DNA of 64,000 nt, from assembly GCA_964556685.1 (NCBI GenBank), contig CAZKWX010000003.1, positions 78-64,077 of the forward strand, read 5' to 3'. This DNA comes from an uncultured Bdellovibrionales bacterium (GTDB lineage Bacteria > Patescibacteriota > Minisyncoccia > Moranbacterales > DUUL01). Shown piece by piece: positions 19,387 to 28,563 of this stretch. The position numbers and the translations under genes were made by a program. The notes below the pieces were generated by a model. That model saw only the letters and a list, made by a program, of their open reading frames with translations, did not search any database and had not been told where the DNA came from. Position 1 is the stretch's first letter, and the number at the start of each line of letters is the position of its first letter.

Positions 19387-19929
19387 ATGGCATATCAAGT
19401 TGCCGAGTATTACAAACAGTATTTCCCATTCATTCAAGAGTGGGGAAGAAAAAAAGATATTAGTCACCATCTTCAGTATTTAGATTATCTTTACGATATA
19501 AAAAGGAGTAACAATCCTGATCGCACTTATTTATCGCTAACAAACAAGACGATCATTGTCGAATTCTTTGCTATATCCGAAGCTATAATTGATGCTCTTT
19601 TATGCGAAAAAATAGTTGATATTGGTGACGGAAAATTAGCACAGCTGTATGTGAAAGAATATACAAATGCTTCTACGTTATTAAAAATGGCTGAATATTA
19701 TGAAATAATAGACAAAAATATTTACGGTCAATTACTAAGCCTTTCAAAAACAAGAAACTTTATCCATATAAAAAGACCGAAAAGTGGCAAGCTAGAATGT
19801 AACCATTATACAGACGCTGTGCTTAAAAGGTATGAGAATTATTTTGAAAATTTTCTATCCTTTCTCTTCAATAAATACAAAGTTTATGAGACTTATGGAC
19901 TTGGTATTTTCGCTTGGCCATGGAAATAA
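19387..19929 (+). CDS. Hypothetical protein, possibly HEPN-like
   Basis: Helical, AT-rich; ISEAII upstream and KTRNFIH resembling HEPN R..H motifs. Confidence 0.55.
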   Translation: MAYQVAEYYKQYFPFIQEWGRKKDISHHLQYLDYLYDIKRSNNPDRTYLSLTNKTIIVEFFAISEAIIDALLCEKIVDIGDGKLAQLYVKEYTNASTLLKMAEYYEIIDKNIYGQLLSLSKTRNFIHIKRPKSGKLECNHYTDAVLKRYENYFENFLSFLFNKYKVYETYGLGIFAWPWK

Positions 19930-20131
19930 TCTTAATCCATAATTTTTTTTAGTAAGAGGATAAAACGAAAATCCCCCTTAGTCCCCCTTTTTCTAAGGGG
20001 GAAATATTAATTGCCACTTAGCTTTATTTTCGCTAAAATATCAACTTTCCAAATAAAAAAGCCGTTGGCCTGCGCTTAGAGCAAGTCTCCGGCTTTTTAA
20101 ATTTCGCTGATTTCTTTTCAAAATGAGGGAT

Positions 20132-20911
20132 TTACTCGAAATCTAGCCTGAATCTTGCCCAAAAATCATCAGTGAGATACAGACCTGACTTTTCTCCAAA
20201 ACTACCATGCTGGCCAATCAGTTGTTCGATACAGAAGAAAGCAGGATTGTCTGACCAGGCAACAATGTAGTGGTCCGTTTCGACAGATGACTGCATGGTC
20301 ATATAAATTCTGCAAACCCGTATCAGATCGATTATAACCGGGCATTCTGGATCATCCCAAGGAACTATTACAGCTTTTTTAAAAATGCCGCGATAGGGAT
20401 TTTTGAAAATCGGTAAACCAAGATTACACCATAAACCGTGTCGGTTATTGAAATATCAATGTTGTGCCAAAGTAAAGGGTGCATCCGAAGAGAACTTATC
20501 TAACCGAGAAAGATGCACTCGAACTTCAAAGGCTTTCTTAAGAAGTTGAAAGTCAATATTGCACTTAATCTCCCAAGGGTAGTCTGGAAAATTTTCTTCA
20601 TCATTTCCAATAATTGACTTACTTGTGATGAGATTCTTGTCGGCTCGCACCTGTTCAGAGTCGACGTCTCGAAGCCATCCATGCTGGGGAATTCCCGGAA
20701 AGTTGTCCGGTGTGCGACCAAAATTCGGGAAACATAGATGGGTTTTTCGCGGTTTAATAACTTCATCGTCACGAACGATTTCCTCAACCGGATTTCCATC
20801 CCTGTAAATGATATCTCGGCCAGGGAAAAGGATGTGAGCTCCATATCGCTGAAATCTTGTTATATTATTGCTTACAACATCAACGCTCATATCATGGCCT
20901 TGGATCAACAT
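20132..20911 (-). pseudogene. Aldose 1-epimerase/galactose mutarotase-like gene with one in-frame TGA at 20456-20458
   Basis: CFPNFG, PQHGWLR, YPW, AQH*YFN, then the frame stays open through VAWSDNPAFFCIE to TAA at 20132. Confidence 0.75.
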
Positions 20912-20939
20912 AAGACACCTCTCCTTCGCCGAAAATTTG

Positions 20940-21371
20940 TTATAACACAGCCGTTGTTTTTCGTGGTCCGATAATAACTTTACACAGATACGAATCTGAC
21001 CAATTCATCGAAGCTCTATCAAAATATGCTCGCGCTTCATCCTTGTCATTAAACGGAACAAATTTTCTTTCTTCGCCATCACCAAATATAATTACAAAAT
21101 ATTTGGTTACGAGATCTGGTTCTTTTTTCTCTAGTTCCAATCCTCTTGCAATAGCATGAAAAGCATCGGCAATGGCTCTAGGCAGACCAGGAAATGCCGT
21201 AGCTGCACCACCCGAGGTGCAAATTCTGACACCTCTTCCAGCAACGCCCCGACCTTCTGGTACTGTAGCAACGTACCAATCGCCGTTACCTCCTATAGTA
21301 ATCACTAGTTCATTTCTCCTTTTCGAATCTTTATCATCAGTGAGAAACCTGACTTCCTTGATTTCACTCAT
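20940..21371 (-). CDS. Hypothetical protein
   Basis: AAGGAGG SD; 143 aa; no motif recognised. Confidence 0.7.
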   Translation of the reverse strand: MSEIKEVRFLTDDKDSKRRNELVITIGGNGDWYVATVPEGRGVAGRGVRICTSGGAATAFPGLPRAIADAFHAIARGLELEKKEPDLVTKYFVIIFGDGEERKFVPFNDKDEARAYFDRASMNWSDSYLCKVIIGPRKTTAVL

Positions 21372-21554
21372 TTTTTTCCTCCTTTTGTAAATAACTTTGA
21401 TTGTTTATTATCAAGGTTACATTAATAGCATTTATTTTCCGAAAATTCAAGCTGCAAAAAAATACCCATTAAAATGGCCATTTAAATGGGTATTTTTTCA
21501 TCCCATCTTAATCTTCCCCTTATTAATGGGAGGAACATCATCAACCACCCCCAT

Positions 21555-21630
21555 CCTTCGCTAAAGCTTCAGAGGGCAGGCCTACGCCCCTCCCTGCCTA
21601 CTGGCAGGCAGGCTTTCTAAGGAGGGGAAA
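21555..21630. repeat. Compound REP-like palindromic element
   Basis: CCTTCGCTAAAGCTTCAGAGGGCAGG and CCTGCCTACTGGCAGGCAGG, the latter inside CCCCTCC...GGAGGGG. Confidence 0.65.
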
Positions 21631-21758
21631 GATGCAAATCCCCCTGAAAAATGTGATCCATTTCGTTCATCTATGTTTTTCTTCTCCCTCTTTCAAAAGG
21701 GGAACAAGAACAACAGGTTGCGTTTGAATGGTTATGTCTTTATGATGAATTTGAAAAT

Positions 21759-22301
21759 ATGAAAAAGCGTTTAGATCAAAAATTTTATGCTCAAGACACT
21801 CAACAAGTGGCTCAAGGCCTTTTGGGTAAAATTTTAGTTCGGAAAATTGGCCATCAAACGATCGAAGGCACAATTATTGAAACTGAAGCCTACTTGGGAC
21901 AATACGACAAGGCCTGCCATACTTCGCGAGGGAAGACAGCTCGAAATGAAATTATGTTCGGTCCGGCAGGTTTTTGGTATGTCTATATGATTTATGGCAT
22001 GTACCATTGCCTCAATATCGTCACCGAAAAGGAAGATCAAGGATCTGCCGTTTTGATTCGAGCAGTTGAACCAGTTTCTAGACTAGCTTCTAACATCAAA
22101 ACTGATGGACCAGGAAAATTGTGTCGAGAATTTCAAATTGATAGGAAATTAAATGATTCAAGTGCGTTCGATAATGATTCAGAATTATATATAGTGGATA
22201 ACTTCATTAAACCTAAAATAAATAAAACAAAAAGAGTCGGCGTTGATTATGCGGGAAAATTTTGGAAAAATAGATTATTGAGGTATCATATAGAAAAGTA
22301 A
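21759..22301 (+). CDS. mpg: DNA-3-methyladenine glycosylase (MPG/AAG)
   Basis: IIETEAY, YVYMIYGMYHCLNIV, AVLIRA, DGPGKLC, RVGV. Confidence 0.95.
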   Translation: MKKRLDQKFYAQDTQQVAQGLLGKILVRKIGHQTIEGTIIETEAYLGQYDKACHTSRGKTARNEIMFGPAGFWYVYMIYGMYHCLNIVTEKEDQGSAVLIRAVEPVSRLASNIKTDGPGKLCREFQIDRKLNDSSAFDNDSELYIVDNFIKPKINKTKRVGVDYAGKFWKNRLLRYHIEK

Positions 22302-22329
22302 ACTTATAATTAAGAATTAAACTAAAAAC

Positions 22330-22875
22330 ATGCTGGAAAAAATTGAGGGGAAAATGGGCACTCCTCCGGATCTTTCAGAGCTTTCAGACAAAGAATTGGA
22401 AAAGCGAGGAATTGATCCAGAACAATTCAGAGCCGGAGAAAAGAAACTGGAAGAAATGCAACGTTTATCAAGAACAAATTTAGAGGATGTTGATAGTCCA
22501 AAAAAGAAGATTGATTCTCAATTGAACAAGGCTAGAAGCAGGTTCTCAAAAATATTCGAGGGGTGGGGAAAAAGAGGCAAAACAATATCAGCAATAACAA
22601 TGGCCGCAGCTACTAGCTTCGCGGCAGCGTCTCCGGCTTTCGCAGATACTTGGGGCGACAGAAGGAGTGGGCAAAGAGGAGGTTCTAGCGGTTCTACTGG
22701 TTCTACTAAAGAACGGGCTGGTAATGTTCTAAATGAAATAGAAGCATGGTCAGATATAATCGATAGAACTTTAGAAATATACAATAAAGAAAAAAAACGC
22801 TTCCCTAAAAAGAAACCCGATAGCCCTCAGCCCAGGACTTCATCTGAAGAATCACCGTCTGATGAAGGACATTAA
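22330..22875 (+). CDS. Hypothetical protein
   Basis: 181-aa ORF with an internal Ala-rich hydrophobic segment. Confidence 0.65.
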   Translation: MLEKIEGKMGTPPDLSELSDKELEKRGIDPEQFRAGEKKLEEMQRLSRTNLEDVDSPKKKIDSQLNKARSRFSKIFEGWGKRGKTISAITMAAATSFAAASPAFADTWGDRRSGQRGGSSGSTGSTKERAGNVLNEIEAWSDIIDRTLEIYNKEKKRFPKKKPDSPQPRTSSEESPSDEGH

Positions 22876-22891
22876 AAGTAATTAATAAAAA

Positions 22892-23152
22892 ATGAACAAT
22901 AAAGAAAAACTTAAGAAACATATCGAGAATTCAAATCTAGAGCTGGAAGAAAAAGCTCTTTGGTATCGTTATCTCGAAATTGGAAAAGATCCTGATATCG
23001 ATGCAATTCTAGGAGCTGTTGAAAAGAATCCCGAAGATCTGAAATTTTTAACCAAGAACTTCAAGAACAAAATAGAGGCTTTTGAATCTGGGAGCGAAGA
23101 GGATTGGAAAAGAATTGCCCAAAATGATATGAAATATGTTAGTGAGGAATAA
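22892..23152 (+). CDS. Small hypothetical protein
   Basis: 86-aa ORF with an A-rich leader, followed by a terminator-like hairpin. Confidence 0.7.
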   Translation: MNNKEKLKKHIENSNLELEEKALWYRYLEIGKDPDIDAILGAVEKNPEDLKFLTKNFKNKIEAFESGSEEDWKRIAQNDMKYVSEE

Positions 23153-23234
23153 GAATGAACTAAAAAACAAGAGCCGTCTGAGGACGGTTTTTGTTCCTTT
23201 ATTGATGTTAAATAAACAAAACGTAAAACATTTT

Positions 23235-23364
23235 TCTCTCTTCTTAGTGTAAGGGGAGATTAAGAGGGGTTAGTTTTGATTGCAGAAGAGACCGGCCAAT
23301 TCACTTAACTCCCCCTGAATTCATTACTAATGAATTCAGCCCCCTCTTACCCTAAGAGGGGGAA
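23235..23364. repeat. Dispersed composite palindromic repeat, copy 2
   Basis: Reverse complement of the core of 9156-9300. Confidence 0.75.
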
Positions 23365-23430
23365 CAAATAAGATCTACGGCTCATAGGTATCCAAATTAA
23401 TTTCATGAAACTAAGTGAATAGCTGTACAC

Positions 23431-24189
23431 ATGGATGATATCCACAATAACAAAAAGGATGTGAAAAAAATGAATCAGCCTAGCAAAAAGCCCGGAAACA
23501 AAAAAGCTTTCCTTTGGGTGGTGGTAGCAGTGGGAATTTTTATGCTGCTGCTTTTGCTTTCTGGAGGAGTGTCATTTTGGTTCTGGTTGGGACTGGCTTT
23601 GTGGATCGGATATATCCTATTCGTGAAAATCAAATATGTTGGAGGGGATTACGCTTTCAGCAAAGTTTTGGGAATGGGAATTGGCGTGTTCTTTCTGAGT
23701 TTTATTTTTTTAGCCTTTACACCTTCTGAGCAGAATGGCACACCTTCAAATAACGTGAATAGTTTTAGCAATGAAGAAGAGTCCGAAGATGATTTTCAAG
23801 AAATTGAACTAGCCATTGAGCCAACTAAAGTAGAAATTTTTCTGATGAAATTAAAAAATGACACGAATCTGCAATTTTCCGAAATTGAAGATGCTAGTTT
23901 GCTCTGGAAAGGCTCTAATGTGAATATGATATTGCAAGAAGTTGAGAGTTTTCAATTGAAAGACGCTGGTGAAGAAGACGTGAAAAAGATTAATACTTTT
24001 TTCACCGATTTGGGATGGGATCACGGAACTGTTGGCTTCACTTACACTCCTATTGAAGATGACAAGGAAACCGGTTATGCTTCAACCTCGATGGAACCTG
24101 CGTTCAAAGGAATCATGTGTGTGATTGATCAAAATGATCCAAAAGCTGTGGTGATTAAGTGCGGGCTTAGTCCAGAAGAAAATGAATGA
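23431..24189 (+). CDS. Membrane protein with three N-terminal TM helices
   Basis: Hydrophobic segments followed by a soluble acidic domain. Confidence 0.75.
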   Translation: MDDIHNNKKDVKKMNQPSKKPGNKKAFLWVVVAVGIFMLLLLLSGGVSFWFWLGLALWIGYILFVKIKYVGGDYAFSKVLGMGIGVFFLSFIFLAFTPSEQNGTPSNNVNSFSNEEESEDDFQEIELAIEPTKVEIFLMKLKNDTNLQFSEIEDASLLWKGSNVNMILQEVESFQLKDAGEEDVKKINTFFTDLGWDHGTVGFTYTPIEDDKETGYASTSMEPAFKGIMCVIDQNDPKAVVIKCGLSPEENE

Positions 24190-24278
24190 ACTATAAATTA
24201 TAGTGAAATATGTCATCTCGAGTTCCACTTTGGTGGAATTCAGTCAAATATCCCTTACATGATTGGAGGAACTAAAAA

Positions 24279-25094
24279 ATGAGTGCTGCACCAGCAAGAA
24301 ATATTATAAACGCCTTTGGTCCCGATAAAAATTCGGAGCTTTTTGAAGGAGGGCAAGGAGAAGCCTATCGAGCAGGTGACATTGTTCTCAAGTCAGTACT
24401 TGATAAAAAGGAAACTATTTGGTGCATAGAAATACTAAATAATTTTCAAAGCGAGAAAGTAAGAGTTACTAAACCTATTAAAGCGAAAAATGGCGACTGG
24501 ATCTTTAATGGTTGGATGGCTTATGAGTATTTGGAGGGAAAAAGTGTTCCTGATGATCTTGAGAATATCTACCAAGTATCAAAAGATTTTCATAAAGTTC
24601 TGAAAAATATTCCGCGTCCAGATTTTTTTGATGATAGAATGGATCCCTGGGCAATCGCCGATAGAATGGCTTGGAACGAATTACCTTTGCCGCTAGAGTT
24701 CGATCAAGCAAGAGAAGCTTTGGAAAGACTAGATCAAGCAAAGGAAAAAATAGACTTAGATAATCAGATAATCCATGGGGACATCGGCGGTAATGTTCTT
24801 TTCCACAAAACATTACCTCCAGCTGTCATTGATTTTAGCCCTTATTGGAGACCAACAAACTTTGCTTTTGCGATAGCAATTGTTGATGCTCTGACCTGGC
24901 AAGGAGCAAGAGAAAAAATAATTAAAATATTCAAGGATATTGAAGAATTGGACCAATTGATTATTAGGGCATTCATACGCCGAATATGTGAGACTATTAA
25001 TTTGTCTGAGTTGCAGAAAAGAGATTGCGCTGAAGATATGAAAAAGCATCTTCAAGCGGCAGATAAAATCTTGGGAAGATTACAAATTAAGTAG
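24279..25094 (+). CDS. Aminoglycoside phosphotransferase/kinase-like protein
   Basis: GGQG..YRAGDIVLK, DPWAIADRMAW, IHGDIGGNVLF, IDFSPYWRP. Confidence 0.85.
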   Translation: MSAAPARNIINAFGPDKNSELFEGGQGEAYRAGDIVLKSVLDKKETIWCIEILNNFQSEKVRVTKPIKAKNGDWIFNGWMAYEYLEGKSVPDDLENIYQVSKDFHKVLKNIPRPDFFDDRMDPWAIADRMAWNELPLPLEFDQAREALERLDQAKEKIDLDNQIIHGDIGGNVLFHKTLPPAVIDFSPYWRPTNFAFAIAIVDALTWQGAREKIIKIFKDIEELDQLIIRAFIRRICETINLSELQKRDCAEDMKKHLQAADKILGRLQIK

Positions 25095-25265
25095 GGTTTT
25101 GAAAAAAGCTAAGTTTCGTGCATCCTGCATGATTGGGAGGGCTAAGCAGTGATTTTTCCTCATGAGATTCCTCATGAGGAAATAAGGAAATGTAATTTGC
25201 TTTAAACGGCTTTTCTGATTATTATTTTGATAAATATAAAGCACGGTAACGTATAAGTATTTTTT

Positions 25266-25739
25266 ATGAAACATTCACTACGCACAGGAATTTGTTTCGG
25301 ATTGACTTCTGCTACCATTACCACTTTGGGATTGATGGTGGGACTTTATTCTGGAACTAGTTCTGAAGCAGTGGTGATCGGAGGAATTATCATCATTGCT
25401 ATTGCCGATGCTCTTTCTGATTCACTGGGGATTCACATTTCAGAGGAGTCAAAGAGCAACCACCGAAAAGATATCTGGGAGGCTACTATTTCTGCTTTTC
25501 TTTCTAAGCTTATTTTTGCCCTCACTTTTCTGCCTGCCCTTTTTCTGCTATCTCTAAAAGTTGCTATTCTGGTAAATGTTTTTTGGGGTTTGTTGGTCTT
25601 GGCAATTTTGAGCTACTTTATTGCCAAAGACCAAAAAGAGTCTGCTTGGAAAGTAATTGGGGAGCATCTTCTAATAGCCGTTATTGTGATTTTAGTTACT
25701 TACTCACTGGGCACATGGATTTCACAATATTTTTCATAA
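25266..25739 (+). CDS. VIT1/CCC1 family transporter-like protein
   Basis: FGLTSATITTLGL, IAIADALSDSLGIHISEES. Confidence 0.88.
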   Translation: MKHSLRTGICFGLTSATITTLGLMVGLYSGTSSEAVVIGGIIIIAIADALSDSLGIHISEESKSNHRKDIWEATISAFLSKLIFALTFLPALFLLSLKVAILVNVFWGLLVLAILSYFIAKDQKESAWKVIGEHLLIAVIVILVTYSLGTWISQYFS

Positions 25740-25815
25740 TTCTTTTTTCAAAAATCCGATCTTCTCAGATCGGATTTTTATATTTGAAACTTTCCAATAC
25801 CCATCTATCATTACT

Positions 25816-26205
25816 TTATTTCTTTTTCGCATCCTGCCAAAGACCAATCACATTTCCTTCTGGATCTTTGAAACGGGCATACCAACCCATGTCACTCACC
25901 TGCCAAGGAGCCATCACAGTTTCCCCTCCAGCTTTCTCCACTTCCTTGAGATGATCTTTCAAATGAGGAACATCAATGACAATCACCGGAGTATCATCGT
26001 CTTTCTCTTTTTTCATAATACCACCGTTGATTGCACCAGCTTCTTTGGGCATTTTATTTTCGTCAACTTCTACAGTGTGAACCATGGTATACTTTCCTTC
26101 CGCCATTTCCACATCCTCAGTTTTCCAACCAAAAACTTTTGAATAAAAGCCCTTAGCTCGTTCAACATTATCAGCGGGTATTTCAAAATGCACTACTTTG
26201 TTCAT
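25816..26205 (-). CDS. VOC/glyoxalase family protein
   Basis: VVHFEIPADNVERAKGFYSKVFGW, GAINGGI, FKDPEGNVIGLWQ. Confidence 0.93.
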   Translation of the reverse strand: MNKVVHFEIPADNVERAKGFYSKVFGWKTEDVEMAEGKYTMVHTVEVDENKMPKEAGAINGGIMKKEKDDDTPVIVIDVPHLKDHLKEVEKAGGETVMAPWQVSDMGWYARFKDPEGNVIGLWQDAKKK

Positions 26206-26343
26206 TTTTTTGTGTTAATTATTAGAGAAAATAATTTTTCTTCTACTAATTAATACAAGAAATAAGGGCTAGTTATTTGGAAACAAAAACCTCCTAAGTG
26301 GAGGTTTAGCACATACACATCACGTACACAGAAAAATATTTGA

Positions 26344-26943
26344 TTAGAGCTTCCCCCTCAATATCTCTCCCTCTCTCTTCTTCTGCTCTTGGATCGCTCT
26401 CTTTTGCAATTTCATGATAACTGATCGAATAAAAACTGGGTTGGGCACCTGTTTGAAGACAAATCTTTCTTTAGTTCCAGCCGTTTGAATGTAGACGTTG
26501 CCATATTTAAATAATGTGGGAATAAATCCTTTAATTTTAGTGGTCACGTCTTGGACTTTGCTGTGACCGAGCTCGCTAACTTCTCGACGAAACAAACCAA
26601 ATTGTTCGATGTTAATCACTCTTTGATTGGTCACAATCCAAACGTCTAAGTAGTAGTCTACCCAAATAACAAAGGCTGTTAGCCAAAAAAACATCCACAA
26701 GAAAGTGATTGCCAGATAAAAGACGTTCATGGCGACGGGAACATCAGCTGCTTTGATCCAGCTGGGACCAAAAGCTTGGACTAAAATAATAAAAAGAAGA
26801 AAAAAGAAAACTGGGATATAATTAAAAACAAAAATCAACCAGTGGTGGCGAAGAAGAAGGACTATTTCCTCATCAGGTCTTTTACCCTTAAAGGTGTAGT
26901 CACGATATCGATGTTGATAATCAGCGTCAGGAACAAGATTCAT
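26344..26943 (-). CDS. Bacterial PH-domain membrane protein
   Basis: Two TM helices, DVWIVTNQRVI, VQDVT, YGNVYIQTAG. Confidence 0.85.
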   Translation of the reverse strand: MNLVPDADYQHRYRDYTFKGKRPDEEIVLLLRHHWLIFVFNYIPVFFFLLFIILVQAFGPSWIKAADVPVAMNVFYLAITFLWMFFWLTAFVIWVDYYLDVWIVTNQRVINIEQFGLFRREVSELGHSKVQDVTTKIKGFIPTLFKYGNVYIQTAGTKERFVFKQVPNPVFIRSVIMKLQKRAIQEQKKREGEILRGKL

Positions 26944-26962
26944 TGTACAATTGTTACGTTTC

Positions 26963-27178
26963 TTAAAAAATAATCTCTACGGCAGACCAATTGATCGTCA
27001 AAGCAATGATGGCATTAATTAAAAATAAAATTCCTGCACCAGTCAGGAAAGTTAATGTGACTAAAACAGAGAATTTTTGATTCATCCTATAAACTAGCAA
27101 GTGAAAAACCACGGCAAAAACACCGAACAAGAAGAAAAGGATTAAGATGAAATATAATATCAAAAATGGGTTAAACAT
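26963..27178 (-). CDS. Small membrane protein
   Basis: Two TM helices, co-oriented with ruvB. Confidence 0.7.
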   Translation of the reverse strand: MFNPFLILYFILILFFLFGVFAVVFHLLVYRMNQKFSVLVTLTFLTGAGILFLINAIIALTINWSAVEIIF

Positions 27179-27220
27179 GTCTCTGGTTACTAGTTTGCAG
27201 TTTGCAGATTCGGATTCTAC

Positions 27221-28231
27221 TTAAATTAGCTTGCTTTGCTCCTCCGGGTACTCGATATCCAAGTGTTTATAGGCTGACTTAGTGGCTTTCCGTCCTCGAG
27301 GAGTTCGTTCCAGAAATCCAATTTGCAAAAGATAAGGCTCATAGACTTCTTCGATGGTTTGAGGTTCTTCAGAGAAAGCCGCTGCCACGGTCTGCACACC
27401 TACCGGCCCACCATCAAATTTTTCAATCATCACTCGGAGCAACTCTCTGTCAGCTGGTTCCAGCCCTATTCCATCAACATCTAGCATATTGAAGGCTCTT
27501 TTAACCGTGCTTTCAGTTATCATATCATGATCATTAATCTGCGCATAGTCACGAACTCTTTTTAGCAAACGATTGGCTACCCGAGGAGTTTTGCGAGAGC
27601 AACGAGCAATCTCGTTGCACCCGGAACCATCCACTCCTACGTTGAGAATTTTTCCCGAGCGACGCACGATGTCACTGATTTCATCGTCGTCATAGAAATT
27701 CAGTTTATAGGTCACTCCAAATCTGTTGCGCAAGGGTGAAGAAAGCATGCCTAATCTAGTTGTCGCGCCTACCAAGGTGAAGCGAGGCAGATCAAGTTTG
27801 ATCGTTCGAGCTGAAGGTCCCTTACCTACAATGATATCCAATGATCCATCTTCCATCGCTGGATAGAGCACCTCTTCGACTAATTTACTCAATCGGTGGA
27901 TTTCATCAATAAATAAGACGTCCCCGTCATTAAGATTGGTCAGAATCGACCCCAAATCGCCCACTCTTTCTATGGCTGGACCAGAGGTGGTTTTGATTCC
28001 AGTGCCCATTTCTTTGGCAATGATGTGGGCTAGAGTCGTTTTTCCCAATCCTGGTGGACCAAAAAGCAGCACATGCTCAATGGGTTCTTTTCTCTTTTGG
28101 GCGGCACCCAAAAGAACACTTAAGTTTTTCTTAATTTTCTTTTGACCAACATACTCGGAAAAGTTTTGTGGCCGAAGAGTGATCTCCAACTGTTCTTCTT
28201 CGACTGTTCGATTTTTGTTCGAAGTAATCAT
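27221..28231 (-). CDS. ruvB: Holliday junction branch migration ATPase RuvB
   Basis: [47 protein letters not shown]; start placed at ATG 28231. Confidence 0.97.
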   Translation of the reverse strand: MITSNKNRTVEEEQLEITLRPQNFSEYVGQKKIKKNLSVLLGAAQKRKEPIEHVLLFGPPGLGKTTLAHIIAKEMGTGIKTTSGPAIERVGDLGSILTNLNDGDVLFIDEIHRLSKLVEEVLYPAMEDGSLDIIVGKGPSARTIKLDLPRFTLVGATTRLGMLSSPLRNRFGVTYKLNFYDDDEISDIVRRSGKILNVGVDGSGCNEIARCSRKTPRVANRLLKRVRDYAQINDHDMITESTVKRAFNMLDVDGIGLEPADRELLRVMIEKFDGGPVGVQTVAAAFSEEPQTIEEVYEPYLLQIGFLERTPRGRKATKSAYKHLDIEYPEEQSKLI

Positions 28232-28300
28232 TAAAATTTTTGAAATAATCCACGTCGTGTTTAGTAGTATATACAAGATGCTTGGGCTTGCAAGAGGGTC

Positions 28301-28329
28301 TTGACAATGTTTTCCGTGTATGCTAATCT
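28301..28329 (+). promoter_or_regulatory. Sigma70-type promoter for an intergenic RNA
   Basis: TTGACA-17 bp-TAATCT with extended -10 TG. Confidence 0.6.
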
Positions 28330-28335
28330 GTTATG

Positions 28336-28540
28336 ACACATTCAAAAGACATTTTTGCTAGTAACCTGTAGGCAAAGGGGTGCTCTGACTCCTTGGATCT
28401 CTTCTTATGTAAAAGACTTGCGTGGTTTCGACTGCGTTAGCTCTCGGATCTGATCCAGCCTTACGCTCTTTGCGTAAGATTTTTGTCTACAGATTACTAG
28501 CAAAATACAAATGGCTACCTCTCTGAGAGGTGGTTTTTTG
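28336..28540 (+). ncRNA. Unassigned structured ncRNA candidate
   Basis: ~24-bp closing stem around several hairpins, own promoter, terminator CTACCTCT..AGAGGTGG-T-run. Confidence 0.55.
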
Positions 28541-28563
28541 TTTTAAATAAGCCAGATTCAATG

